Source: an uncultured SAR86 cluster bacterium
GTDB lineage: Bacteria > Pseudomonadota > Gammaproteobacteria > Magnimaribacterales > D2472
DNA: 64,000 bases
Direction of reading: 5' to 3'
Assembly: GCA_902631785.1 (NCBI GenBank)
Contig: CACOZT010000001.1
Coordinates: forward strand, 132,741-196,740
The notes under the pieces are model-generated. The model was given only the letters and a program-made list of their open reading frames with translations. It was not told the origin of the DNA and did no database searches. A program made the position numbers and the translations under genes. This document shows positions 55,511-64,000 of the stretch, one piece after another; position 1 is the first letter of the stretch; every line of letters begins with the position of its first letter.

Positions 55511-56207
55511 ACTTATTACTTATTATATTTGTTAAATCATGCCAAGATGAGAATTCATCAGGCTTTTTAAAATTTTGCTCCCATTGAGCATTGTTATTAT
55601 TGAACCATAAGCAATCTATACCAAGCTCATTTGCCGCAAATATATCATTAACCTGATGATCGCCAATGTGAAGAACATTATCAAAACCAACACCATTAAC
55701 TTTTGTTAATGCCATATCAAAGTGAGATCTATTTGGCTTACTGTCTTTTGCCTCAAGTGAGCTGATTGAAAATTTAAAATATTTACCTATATCAAATTTA
55801 TAAATATCTGCATTACCGTTGGTTAAAATTCCTAAAGAATATTTTTCTGATAAGTCTGAAATACACCTTTTAACTCCATCAAAGAATGTAACTTCATGTC
55901 TTTTTGAAATAAAAATCTCAAAAGCTTTATTAACAATTTCATCCCTTAACTCTGTTGGATTTATATGGGAAAGTTTTATTCGAAAAATTTCTTTTCTGAG
56001 TTTGCTAATATCCCATGCAATGCTTTTATCTTCTTTTATTAAATCCTCTCTAAGTTCCAAAAAATCATTCAAATCACCCCACTCAACTTCGCCAACTTGT
56101 CCTTCAATCCATTTTCTTGTGTCTACCTCGGCCTTGATTATAGTAGGATGGTTATCCCACAAAGTGTCGTCAAGATCAAAAGTTATTAATTTTATTTTCT
56201 TATTCAC
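55500..56207 (-). CDS. yigB: HAD-superfamily hydrolase (YigB-like)
   Basis: 235 aa. HAD motif [11 protein letters not shown] and motif [12 protein letters not shown]. Downstream of xerC, as in the E. coli dapF-yigA-xerC-yigB operon. Confidence 0.8.
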   Translation of the reverse strand: MNKKIKLITFDLDDTLWDNHPTIIKAEVDTRKWIEGQVGEVEWGDLNDFLELREDLIKEDKSIAWDISKLRKEIFRIKLSHINPTELRDEIVNKAFEIFISKRHEVTFFDGVKRCISDLSEKYSLGILTNGNADIYKFDIGKYFKFSISSLEAKDSKPNRSHFDMALTKVNGVGFDNVLHIGDHQVNDIFAANELGIDCLWFNNNNAQWEQNFKKPDEFSSWHDLTNIISNKYER

Positions 56208-57100
56208 TTTTTTGCTCGTGGATGAGATTTATCATAAATCTTTGCTAGATGTTGATAATCTAATTTTGTATATATCTGGGTAGTTGACAAGGAGCTATGA
56301 CCAAGAAGCTCTTGTATGGTTCTCAAGTCACCACTGGATTCAAGCATGTGTGTCGCAAAACTATGTCTTAGCATATGTGGATGAACTGGAGGAAGACCTT
56401 GTTTAGTTGCCATTTTTTTGAGTCTAAGTTGAACACTTCTTACTGAAAGTCTGGCACCTTTTGAATTTAAAAAAAGGGCATCTGTATTATTTAAAATTTT
56501 CTCTCTTTCAATAAGCCAATTATTAATTGCTTTTATAGCAAATCTACCCATTGGCACTAGTCTTGTTTTTGAGCCCTTTCCAATTACACGAAGAAAAGAC
56601 ATCTTTTCCTCAAAATCACTTATATTTATATTCACAGTCTCTGAAACTCTTAAACCCGAAGAATACATGAGTTCAACAATTGCCATGTCCCTAATCTCTA
56701 TTGTGTTGGACGGTTTAAAATTTAATAATTGTTCGACATCTTCAGGCGAAAGAACATCAGGCAAAGTATTTGAAGATTTTGGCGCAGTCACTAACTCAAA
56801 AGGTGATGAGTCTATAAGATTATTTTTTTTCAAAAATCTAAAGAATCCTTTTGCTGAAGATAAATGTCTTTGAATACTTTTTGGTTTATTATTTTGCGAA
56901 TAAAGATCGCCTATCCATGCTGAGCAAATTTCTTCTTTTACGTCTGAGTATTTTGTTATGTTTAACTTTTCTAAAAATATTAACAGTTTTTTTAGATCTC
57001 TTTCGTATGATTTAGTTGTATTTTCTGAGAGATTTTTAACTTGTGATACGAATACAAGGTATTCCTTTATGTCATTAAGAATAGGTGAAGTATTCTTCAT
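56204..57100 (-). CDS. xerC: site-specific tyrosine recombinase XerC
   Basis: 298 aa. Catalytic region [12 protein letters not shown]...[13 protein letters not shown]. Operon context dapF-yigA-xerC-yigB. Confidence 0.92.
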   Translation of the reverse strand: MKNTSPILNDIKEYLVFVSQVKNLSENTTKSYERDLKKLLIFLEKLNITKYSDVKEEICSAWIGDLYSQNNKPKSIQRHLSSAKGFFRFLKKNNLIDSSPFELVTAPKSSNTLPDVLSPEDVEQLLNFKPSNTIEIRDMAIVELMYSSGLRVSETVNINISDFEEKMSFLRVIGKGSKTRLVPMGRFAIKAINNWLIEREKILNNTDALFLNSKGARLSVRSVQLRLKKMATKQGLPPVHPHMLRHSFATHMLESSGDLRTIQELLGHSSLSTTQIYTKLDYQHLAKIYDKSHPRAKK

Positions 57101-57103
57101 AAA

Positions 57104-57724
57104 TTATTTTGATAATTTTTTTTCTAAAACATCTCTTATGTATTCAATAAAAGTTGTATCTTCATCTCCAAGATATTTTGTTCTGTCATAACTACCTAAC
57201 ATTAAGAGACCAATCTCACTGTCAATAACTATCACGGACACTACCATAGACTCTACTTTCTTATCTTTAAACAATTCTGACATTTTTTCTGATGAAAACG
57301 ATCCACAGTGTATAGCGCCTTTATGGAATGAAAGATTGGTTACTTTTTCCAGGGCATCAATCTTTTCATTCTTATAAAATTTAAGTAACGGCTTATCTAC
57401 TTTAAAATCTTTTTTAAAAGTATTCTCCACTACTTTTACGATCGCTTTTTTTGAACTAGATTCAAGAATCTTTAAAGTAAGATTTTTAGATTTATTAAAT
57501 AGATCTTCATTGATGGATGCTGTTTCGACAAATGATGATATTAAATTTATTAGATTTTTATGTTCTTCCCTTAGTTTTATTATCTGTCTCTCAAGAATTG
57601 AGGAGGCAGAACTAGATGAATGTTTAAATTTCATTTCTGCAACCAGCGACTCTCTGCTTTCGAAGAAATCTAGGTTATCAAGTAAAAATAGCTCAACATC
57701 TTTAGGGTTTAATTTTTTATTCAC
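57104..57724 (-). CDS. yigA: DUF484 family protein (YigA-like)
   Basis: 206 aa. Position between dapF and xerC. GAF-like C-terminal region. Confidence 0.7.
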   Translation of the reverse strand: MNKKLNPKDVELFLLDNLDFFESRESLVAEMKFKHSSSSASSILERQIIKLREEHKNLINLISSFVETASINEDLFNKSKNLTLKILESSSKKAIVKVVENTFKKDFKVDKPLLKFYKNEKIDALEKVTNLSFHKGAIHCGSFSSEKMSELFKDKKVESMVVSVIVIDSEIGLLMLGSYDRTKYLGDEDTTFIEYIRDVLEKKLSK

Positions 57725-58496
57725 TTATATTTCCTTTATATATAAAACTTGCTGGACCAGTCATTAATATAACATCTTTATTTTTTTTAAAGACTAATTC
57801 GCCGCCCATTGATTTTATTTTTAAAGACTTATCCTTAAGAAAGCTTGAAGCAATGCATAATGCTGCTGATCCACATGAGAGGGTTTCCCCAACTCCATTT
57901 TCATATGTTCTTATGTCGATGCTGCCTTGGTTCTTTTTAAATATTGATAAGTTAATATCAAAGTCTTTGATGACTGTTTCAAGATTTTCATACATTTCAT
58001 TTAGATTAATTTTTTTAATAGATTTCATTTCTATACAAAGATGGTTGTTGCCAATATTCGATATGAAAAAATTATTAATTGCTCTATTTTTTAATTTATT
58101 ATGCAAATCCTTATGATTAAGTTTTTCTGGTGCGCTTACGCGAACCTGAACTGTACCTTTCTTTTTAGGCTCACAAAGAATGTTTTTTGTTTTTGTTTGA
58201 ATACTTAATGGGCCTATTGGTGCAAAACTATTGTTCCATAAGTATTTTGCAGCACATCTTATGCCATTAAGGCACATGCCAGCCTCTGATCCATCAGCAT
58301 TAAAAAATCTTATATAGAAGTTTTGATTAGACTTTGTTGGCAGATCAATTTTTATAAGTTGATCAAAGCCTATTCCAGTATTTCTGTCAGATATTTTAAT
58401 TATTTTATTTTTGGTAATTTTTAATTCATTTTCAATAGAATTTACAATGATGAAATCATTTCCATTACCATGCCATTTTTCAAAATTAAGACTCAA
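57717..58496 (-). CDS. dapF: diaminopimelate epimerase
   Basis: 259 aa. N-terminal KWHGNGNDFIIV. Two catalytic Cys regions (GMCLNG, SCGSAA). A TTG start is required. Confidence 0.94.
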   Translation of the reverse strand: MSLNFEKWHGNGNDFIIVNSIENELKITKNKIIKISDRNTGIGFDQLIKIDLPTKSNQNFYIRFFNADGSEAGMCLNGIRCAAKYLWNNSFAPIGPLSIQTKTKNILCEPKKKGTVQVRVSAPEKLNHKDLHNKLKNRAINNFFISNIGNNHLCIEMKSIKKINLNEMYENLETVIKDFDINLSIFKKNQGSIDIRTYENGVGETLSCGSAALCIASSFLKDKSLKIKSMGGELVFKKNKDVILMTGPASFIYKGNISE

Positions 58497-58526
58497 GATT
58501 TACCTCATTCACCAAAAATATGATTT

Positions 58527-58607
58527 TTAGAAGATTAGAGGACCTTTTACACCGCATCCAGTTAAAAGTAAAAATACAATTAAACTAAAAATTTTTTTGA
58601 AATTCAT
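58527..58607 (-). CDS. lptM: minimal LptM/YifL-family lipoprotein
   Basis: My own translation: MNFKKIFSLIVFLLLTGCGVKGPLIF (26 aa). Lipobox LLTGC followed by the family signature G-x-KGPL. Located immediately upstream of dapF, as yifL is in E. coli. Below the ORF-track cutoff. Confidence 0.75.
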   Translation of the reverse strand: MNFKKIFSLIVFLLLTGCGVKGPLIF

Positions 58608-58653
58608 AAATAGTATTATGAATTTAAATTATTTAAATTGATATAAAAGGTTT

Positions 58654-60048
58654 TTAGTATTTATATGTCTCCTCTTTAAAAGGCCCTTCTTGTGGAACAT
58701 TAATATAATCTGCTTGTTCTTTAGTAAGTTGAGTTACTGTTCCTCCAAAACCTTCTACCATCAGGCTAGCAACCTCTTCGTCAAGTTTTTTCGGCAAAAC
58801 TTCAACAGTTAACATTTCGGCTTTTTTATCAGCATCATTTACATTTGCAAAACCTTGCTTGTATAAATGTATTTGAGCAAGAACCTGGTTAGCAAAAGAT
58901 CCATCCATTATTCTGCTAGGATGTCCTGTTGCATTTCCAAGATTTACTAATCTACCTTCAGCAAGCAAAATTATATAATTTTTGCTAGATAAATCTGGAG
59001 TTCCATCAGGCGCTGTATCTCTAAATACCCTATGAACCTGAGGTTTAATTTCATCCCAGTAATAATTCTCTCTCATATAAGCAGTATCTATTTCATTATC
59101 AAAATGCCCGATATTGCAAACAACTGCAGTATTCTTTAGAGTACTTATCATTGCAGAATCACATACATTTACATTACCAGTAGTAGTGACAATCAAGTCT
59201 GTATCACCCATAACATCCATATTTATATCCTTAGGATCTCTTGTTACAACACCATTTTTGTAACACGAAACGACTGCAAATCCATCCATACATGCTTGCA
59301 TTGCACAGATTGGATCTGACTCTACAACACTTACTATCATGCCTTCTTGAGCTAAACTCGCTGCTGACCCTTTACCAACATCACCATAACCAATTACTAG
59401 TCCCTTTTTGCCTGAAAGCAACATATCTGTTCCTCTTTTAAGCGCGTCATTGAGACTATGTCTACATCCATATTTGTTATCATTTTTTGCTTTTGTTACA
59501 GAGTCATTTACATTAATCGCTGGGATTTTTAGTTCTCCTTTTTCAAGCATCTCTTTAAGTCTATGCACGCCTGTTGTTGTTTCTTCAGAAACACCATGAA
59601 TAGTCTCTAACATATCAGGAAACTTTGCATGAACCATTGCTGTAAGGTCACTACCGTCGTCGAGAATCATATTAGCATCCCAAGGCTTACCATCTTTGCA
59701 AATAGTTTGTTCTATACACCACTCATACTCTTCTTCAGTTTCACCTTTCCATGCAAACACAGGAACTCCAATTGCAGCCATTGCCGCAGCAGCATGATCT
59801 TGTGTTGAGAATATATTACAAGATGACCATCTTAACTCTGCTCCAAGATCAACTAATGTTTCCATTAATACAGCAGTTTGGATAGTCATATGAATGCACC
59901 CCATAATTTTGGCACCCGCCAAAGGTTGCTCGTCTCTGTACTTATCTCTTAAAGCCATTAAAGCTGGCATTTCGTTTTCTGCAAGAGATATTTCTCGTCT
60001 TCCAAACTCAGCAAGTTTAATATCAGCTACTTTATAATCATTTTCCAT
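58654..60048 (-). CDS. ahcY: adenosylhomocysteinase
   Basis: 464 aa. N-terminal [20 protein letters not shown]-binding [10 protein letters not shown]. Confidence 0.97.
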   Translation of the reverse strand: MENDYKVADIKLAEFGRREISLAENEMPALMALRDKYRDEQPLAGAKIMGCIHMTIQTAVLMETLVDLGAELRWSSCNIFSTQDHAAAAMAAIGVPVFAWKGETEEEYEWCIEQTICKDGKPWDANMILDDGSDLTAMVHAKFPDMLETIHGVSEETTTGVHRLKEMLEKGELKIPAINVNDSVTKAKNDNKYGCRHSLNDALKRGTDMLLSGKKGLVIGYGDVGKGSAASLAQEGMIVSVVESDPICAMQACMDGFAVVSCYKNGVVTRDPKDINMDVMGDTDLIVTTTGNVNVCDSAMISTLKNTAVVCNIGHFDNEIDTAYMRENYYWDEIKPQVHRVFRDTAPDGTPDLSSKNYIILLAEGRLVNLGNATGHPSRIMDGSFANQVLAQIHLYKQGFANVNDADKKAEMLTVEVLPKKLDEEVASLMVEGFGGTVTQLTKEQADYINVPQEGPFKEETYKY

Positions 60049-60066
60049 ATTAATTTCCTTATTTTT

Positions 60067-61221
60067 TTATTGTGAAATTTCTGAAGCTTTATCTACATTT
60101 TCCCACGAAAGATTTATATCAGTTCTTCCAAAATGACCATAAGCCGCGGTTGGAAGATAAATAGGCTTTTTAAGATCAAGCATGTTTATAAGACTTTTGG
60201 GTCTAAGATCAAATGTTTCTTCAACTATTTTTTCAATAGCTTCTTTTGATATTTTCTCGCTGTCAAATGTATTCACATTAATAGATGTAGGCTTAGCTAC
60301 TCCAATTGCATACGAAACTTGAATTTCGCAATAATCCGCTAAACCAGCCGCAACTATATTTTTAGCAACATATCTTGAAGCATATGCCGCAGATCTGTCC
60401 ACTTTTGATGGATCCTTTCCTGAAAATGCCCCACCTCCATGCCTAGCCATTCCACCGTATGTGTCTACAATTATCTTTCTACCAGTTAGACCACAATCAC
60501 CGACTGGACCACCAATTACAAATTTACCAGTTGGATTAATGTATATATTTGTTGAATCCAGTATCCACTCTTGAGGAACTATTGGTTTAATAATATTTTC
60601 CATGACGCCTTCTTTAATTTCGTCTTGCGATACATCTTCATCATGTTGAGTCGAAAGTACAATTGCAGAAAGACCCTCTATTGTTTTTCCATCATCTGAA
60701 TAAATAACACTTACCTGACTTTTTGCATCAGGTCTTAGCCATGAAAGACCATTACTTTTCATAACCTCTGCTTGTTGTCGAACTAACCTGTGAGACAAAT
60801 CAATTGGTAGAGGCATAAGCGATTCAGTTTCTGTACATGCATATCCAAACATAAGACCTTGGTCTCCAGCACCTTGTTCAAGATTCTCACCCTCTCCTTC
60901 AGTTACTCCTTGAGAAATATCTGGAGATTGTTCAAAAACTAGGTTTGTAAACTCACAAGTATCACCATTAAAACCGTACTCATCGGTATCGTATCCTATA
61001 TCTTTTATAGTTTTTCTTACAACAGGCTCTAAATCAGGACTTCCTGTAGAAGTTATTTCACCGGCAATGAAAACCATATTATTTTTAATCATAGTTTCGC
61101 ATGCAACTCTACTGTTTGGATCTTCTGCTAAGTATGCATCCAAAACGGCATCTGAAATCTGATCACAGACTTTATCTGGATGTCCTGCCGAAACAGATTC
61201 TGAAGTAAATATATAACTCAT
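60067..61221 (-). CDS. metK: S-adenosylmethionine synthase
   Basis: 384 aa. Motifs [34 protein letters not shown]. Confidence 0.97.
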   Translation of the reverse strand: MSYIFTSESVSAGHPDKVCDQISDAVLDAYLAEDPNSRVACETMIKNNMVFIAGEITSTGSPDLEPVVRKTIKDIGYDTDEYGFNGDTCEFTNLVFEQSPDISQGVTEGEGENLEQGAGDQGLMFGYACTETESLMPLPIDLSHRLVRQQAEVMKSNGLSWLRPDAKSQVSVIYSDDGKTIEGLSAIVLSTQHDEDVSQDEIKEGVMENIIKPIVPQEWILDSTNIYINPTGKFVIGGPVGDCGLTGRKIIVDTYGGMARHGGGAFSGKDPSKVDRSAAYASRYVAKNIVAAGLADYCEIQVSYAIGVAKPTSINVNTFDSEKISKEAIEKIVEETFDLRPKSLINMLDLKKPIYLPTAAYGHFGRTDINLSWENVDKASEISQ

Positions 61222-61393
61222 GTTTTCTCTCCCTGGTATTTAACTGTGAAGAATTATTTTATAGATTGAAAACTAAAAAAGAATTGAGATCACAATATCT
61301 TTATTTTATATCAAAAAATATGAAAAACTTAAATTATGTCTATGCTTTTTAATGCAAAAATATTATTATCTTTTTATCTAACGGGGAAAAAAT

Positions 61394-63382
61394 TTGCAGC
61401 ATACAGTTCCTACTAACGCATTAAGATTTCTATCCATCGATGCTGTTCAAAAAGCTAATTCTGGTCATCCTGGCATGCCCATGGGGATGGCAGACATAGC
61501 AACTTCGTTATGGGGCAAACACCTAAATCATAATCCATTAAATCCTCATTGGTTTGATAGGGATAGATTTGTCCTTTCTAATGGACATGGTTCGATGCTT
61601 TTATATAGCTTACTTCATTTAACTGGATACGATATATCAATAGATGATCTAAAAGATTTTAGGAAGTTACATTCTAAAACTCCTGGACATCCCGAATATG
61701 ATATAGATATTGGAATTGAAACAACCACAGGTCCATTAGGCCAAGGTATTGCAAATGCCATTGGCATGGCGGTATCAGAAAAAATAATGGCAGCCGAATT
61801 TAATGAAGATGATATTAAGCCTATTAATCATTATACATATGCTTTTTTAGGTGATGGTTGTCTTATGGAAGGAATTTCTCATGAGGCATGTTCATTTGCT
61901 GGAACTCACAAACTAGGAAAACTAATTTGTTTTTACGATCAAAATGGAATTTCAATTGATGGAGAAATTGAAAATTGGTTTACAGATGACTCTATAAAAA
62001 GGTTTGATAGTTACGGCTGGCAAACTATAAGTGTAGATGGTCATAATATTGAAGAAATTGATAAAGCTATAGTCGATGCAAAAAATGAGTTAAATAAACC
62101 AACAATGATTTTTTGTAAAACAATTATTGGTTTTGGATCACCAAATAAGTCAGGAACTGCTGATGTCCACGGAGCAGCTTTGGGTGAGGAAGAAGTAATT
62201 AAAACCAGAGAAGTTCTTAATTGGGATCACGATGCATTTAAAGTTCCTCAAGAGGCATATGATTTTTGGGATTCAACTAAAAAAGGCTCTGAATTAAATT
62301 TGGAATGGGATAACTTGATTAAAACTTATGACGAAAAATATCCTGACAAATCAGCAGAACTTAAAAGAAGAATCAAAGGCGACTTGCCTGATAATTTTGA
62401 GAATAGTTTTAAAACCTTCTTGTCAGAATGTGATGCAAATAACTCCCCAATGGCAACTAGAAAGTGCTCAAAAGCATGCCTTGATTTTTTTGTAAAAGAA
62501 TTACCAGAATTGATTGGTGGATCTGCTGATTTAACTCCATCGAATAATACTTTTTCATCATCAAGTTCTACATTCTCAAACGAAAATCCCTCAGGTAATC
62601 ATATCAACTATGGTGTAAGAGAGTTTGGAATGTCTGCAATCATGAATGGCATGGTTCTTCATGGCGGCATAAAACCTTATGGCGCAACTTTCTTGGTATT
62701 TACTGACTATGCTAGAAATGCAGTAAGATTATCAGCCTTAATGGGTATACCAAGTATATTCGTATATACACATGATTCAGTAGCTCTAGGTGAAGATGGA
62801 CCAACACATCAGCCTGTAGAACATATGGTAACTTTGAGATCTACTCCAAATTTAAACAGTTGGAGGCCAGCAGATCTTGTAGAAACTGCGGTAGCTTGGA
62901 ATGAGGCAGTTAAGTCAAAAAAAACACCAACATGTCTAATCTTTAGCAGACAAGGAACCTCAGCAATATCAAGGACTGAAGATCAATTAACTTTAATAAA
63001 CAGGGGTGGTTATCTTATCGACAAAAGTGACAATCCTGATATCACTCTCATTGCATCAGGAAGCGAAGTTCAATTGGTTATAGATGCAGCAAAAGAATTA
63101 AAAAATAACTCTATATCTGCAAATGTTGTATCAATGCCGTCTTTAGATATATTTTTACAGCAATCTGAGGAATTTCAGAGTTCAATAATTGATCCTGATA
63201 AACCTATACTTGTTGTTGAGTGTAGTCATCCCAACTCCTGGTTCAGGATTTTAAATAGAAAAGATAAAGTAATTGGAATAGAGAGTTTTGGAGAATCTGC
63301 TCCAGGCAGTGAATTACTTGAGCATTTTGGGTTTAATACTGAAAATGTTGTTAATTCAGCTAAATCATTACTAAATGATTAA
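61394..63382 (+). CDS. tkt: transketolase
   Basis: 662 aa. TTG start. N-terminal NALRFLSIDAVQKANSGHPG. ThDP motif GDGCLMEG. Confidence 0.96.
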   Translation: MQHTVPTNALRFLSIDAVQKANSGHPGMPMGMADIATSLWGKHLNHNPLNPHWFDRDRFVLSNGHGSMLLYSLLHLTGYDISIDDLKDFRKLHSKTPGHPEYDIDIGIETTTGPLGQGIANAIGMAVSEKIMAAEFNEDDIKPINHYTYAFLGDGCLMEGISHEACSFAGTHKLGKLICFYDQNGISIDGEIENWFTDDSIKRFDSYGWQTISVDGHNIEEIDKAIVDAKNELNKPTMIFCKTIIGFGSPNKSGTADVHGAALGEEEVIKTREVLNWDHDAFKVPQEAYDFWDSTKKGSELNLEWDNLIKTYDEKYPDKSAELKRRIKGDLPDNFENSFKTFLSECDANNSPMATRKCSKACLDFFVKELPELIGGSADLTPSNNTFSSSSSTFSNENPSGNHINYGVREFGMSAIMNGMVLHGGIKPYGATFLVFTDYARNAVRLSALMGIPSIFVYTHDSVALGEDGPTHQPVEHMVTLRSTPNLNSWRPADLVETAVAWNEAVKSKKTPTCLIFSRQGTSAISRTEDQLTLINRGGYLIDKSDNPDITLIASGSEVQLVIDAAKELKNNSISANVVSMPSLDIFLQQSEEFQSSIIDPDKPILVVECSHPNSWFRILNRKDKVIGIESFGESAPGSELLEHFGFNTENVVNSAKSLLND

Positions 63383-64000
63383 TCTATCGTCATTAGATCT
63401 TAATAATAAAAACTTAGTCATTAGGGTTGATATGAATGTACCAATTAAAAACGGAGATGTTCTTGATTCAACAAGAATTAAGGCATGCTTATCAACTATT
63501 GAATACGCACTTAAAAATAATGCAAAAGTTCTTTTAATTAGTCACTTGGGTAGACCCATTGAAGGAAATTTTGAGGAAGAGTTTTCACTTAAACCTGTTG
63601 CAAATGAACTAAGCAAAATCATAAACATGGATGTTGAACTTATTGATACATTGAAATCTAGTGAAATTTTTAAGTCATCATCAAATATTCAAGTTTTAGA
63701 AAATATAAGATTTTTTAAAGGAGAAAAAGAGAACTCTCAAGAGTTAGGTAAGAAATTAGGATCTCTTGGAGATATATATGTTTTTGATGCTTTTGGGACT
63801 GCACACCGAAAACAGGCATCGACTCATGCAGCAATAATACATGCTCCAATAGCTTGTTCCGGATTATTACTAGAGAAAGAAGAGAATTTCTTATCGCAAG
63901 CGCTTAGAAAATATGAAAGACCTTATCTAGCTATCATTGGTGGCGCAAAGGTTTCTACGAAACTTGAGCTTATAAAGCATATAAATGAAGTCGCAGACCA
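63375..64000 (+). CDS. pgk: phosphoglycerate kinase (partial, runs off the right edge)
   Basis: My own translation from ATG 63375: MINLSSLDLNNKNLVIRVDMNVPIKNGDVLDSTRIKACLSTIEYALKNNAKVLLISHLGRP... The start overlaps the tkt stop (ATGATTAA). It is not in the ORF track because there is no stop in the window. Confidence 0.93.
   Translation, partial: MINLSSLDLNNKNLVIRVDMNVPIKNGDVLDSTRIKACLSTIEYALKNNAKVLLISHLGRPIEGNFEEEFSLKPVANELSKIINMDVELIDTLKSSEIFKSSSNIQVLENIRFFKGEKENSQELGKKLGSLGDIYVFDAFGTAHRKQASTHAAIIHAPIACSGLLLEKEENFLSQALRKYERPYLAIIGGAKVSTKLELIKHINEVAD

Noticed and set aside
56204-57100. Tyrosine recombinase as a marker of an integrated mobile element
   Set aside because: It sits in the canonical housekeeping operon dapF-yigA-xerC-yigB. 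There is no flanking tRNA, no direct repeats and no cargo genes. This is the chromosome-dimer resolvase XerC.
61222-61393. Possible SAM-responsive riboswitch in the metK leader or the metK/tkt divergent spacer
   Set aside because: I could not find the conserved pseudoknot elements of SAM-II/SAM-V-type or other SAM riboswitches. The leader is almost pure A/T with no paired G/C segments, which suits two divergent promoters better. An Infernal/Rfam scan would settle it.

Overview
This window is origin-proximal core chromosome from an AT-rich, extremely compact gammaproteobacterium. The GC content looks like roughly one third by eye; I did not compute it. The organism is probably a streamlined marine lineage, but I cannot name it from sequence alone.

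Gene order closely follows the Pseudomonas-type origin region:
- Minus strand: glmS-glmU-atpCDGAHFEB-atpI-parB-parA-rsmG-mnmG, then mnmE-yidC-rnpA-rpmH.
- Plus strand: dnaA-dnaN-recF-gyrB.
- Then plsC, glycyl-tRNA synthetase, an lpxL-family acyltransferase, trkH-trkA-fmt-def, and purE-tsaC-hemF-aroE-yheV.
- Then a complete aa3-type cytochrome c oxidase structural and assembly cluster: coxB-coxA-cox11-coxC-DUF2909-SURF1-hyp-COX15-cyoE-SCO1.
- Then a methyltransferase-fold protein, qor, gshA, pckA, dsbB, polA, an alpha/beta hydrolase, a Coq4-like protein and engB.
- Then cytochrome c4-dsbA-pseudoazurin, a ubiK-like gene, the yigB-xerC-yigA-dapF block with a tiny lptM, ahcY-metK, and tkt-pgk.

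I call about 70 protein genes. Only about 1.6 kb of the 64 kb is intergenic, by my tally of the coordinates below. I found no rRNA or tRNA genes, no CRISPR array, no transposase or phage genes, and no recognisable defence genes. XerC is the only recombinase, and its context is housekeeping.

I do not see a convincing undescribed multi-gene system. This is an ordinary, highly syntenic housekeeping region.

The leads most worth a second look are:
1. A dimeric (alpha2) GlyRS sitting in the syntenic slot where gammaproteobacteria normally carry glyQ/glyS.
2. A 639-aa GyrB that lacks the roughly 170-aa insertion typical of proteobacterial GyrB.
3. A 15-bp perfect inverted repeat with an anti-SD-like loop in the leader of an SD-less pckA.
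4. A two-gene insertion (alpha/beta hydrolase plus a Coq4-like HDxxH-x11-E protein) between polA and engB.
5. An edge-truncated MORN-repeat/S1-protease fusion.
6. Three genes missing from the ORF track: rpmH, a 26-aa lptM, and a partial pgk.
7. Extreme compaction, with convergent genes sharing TTAA stop codons.
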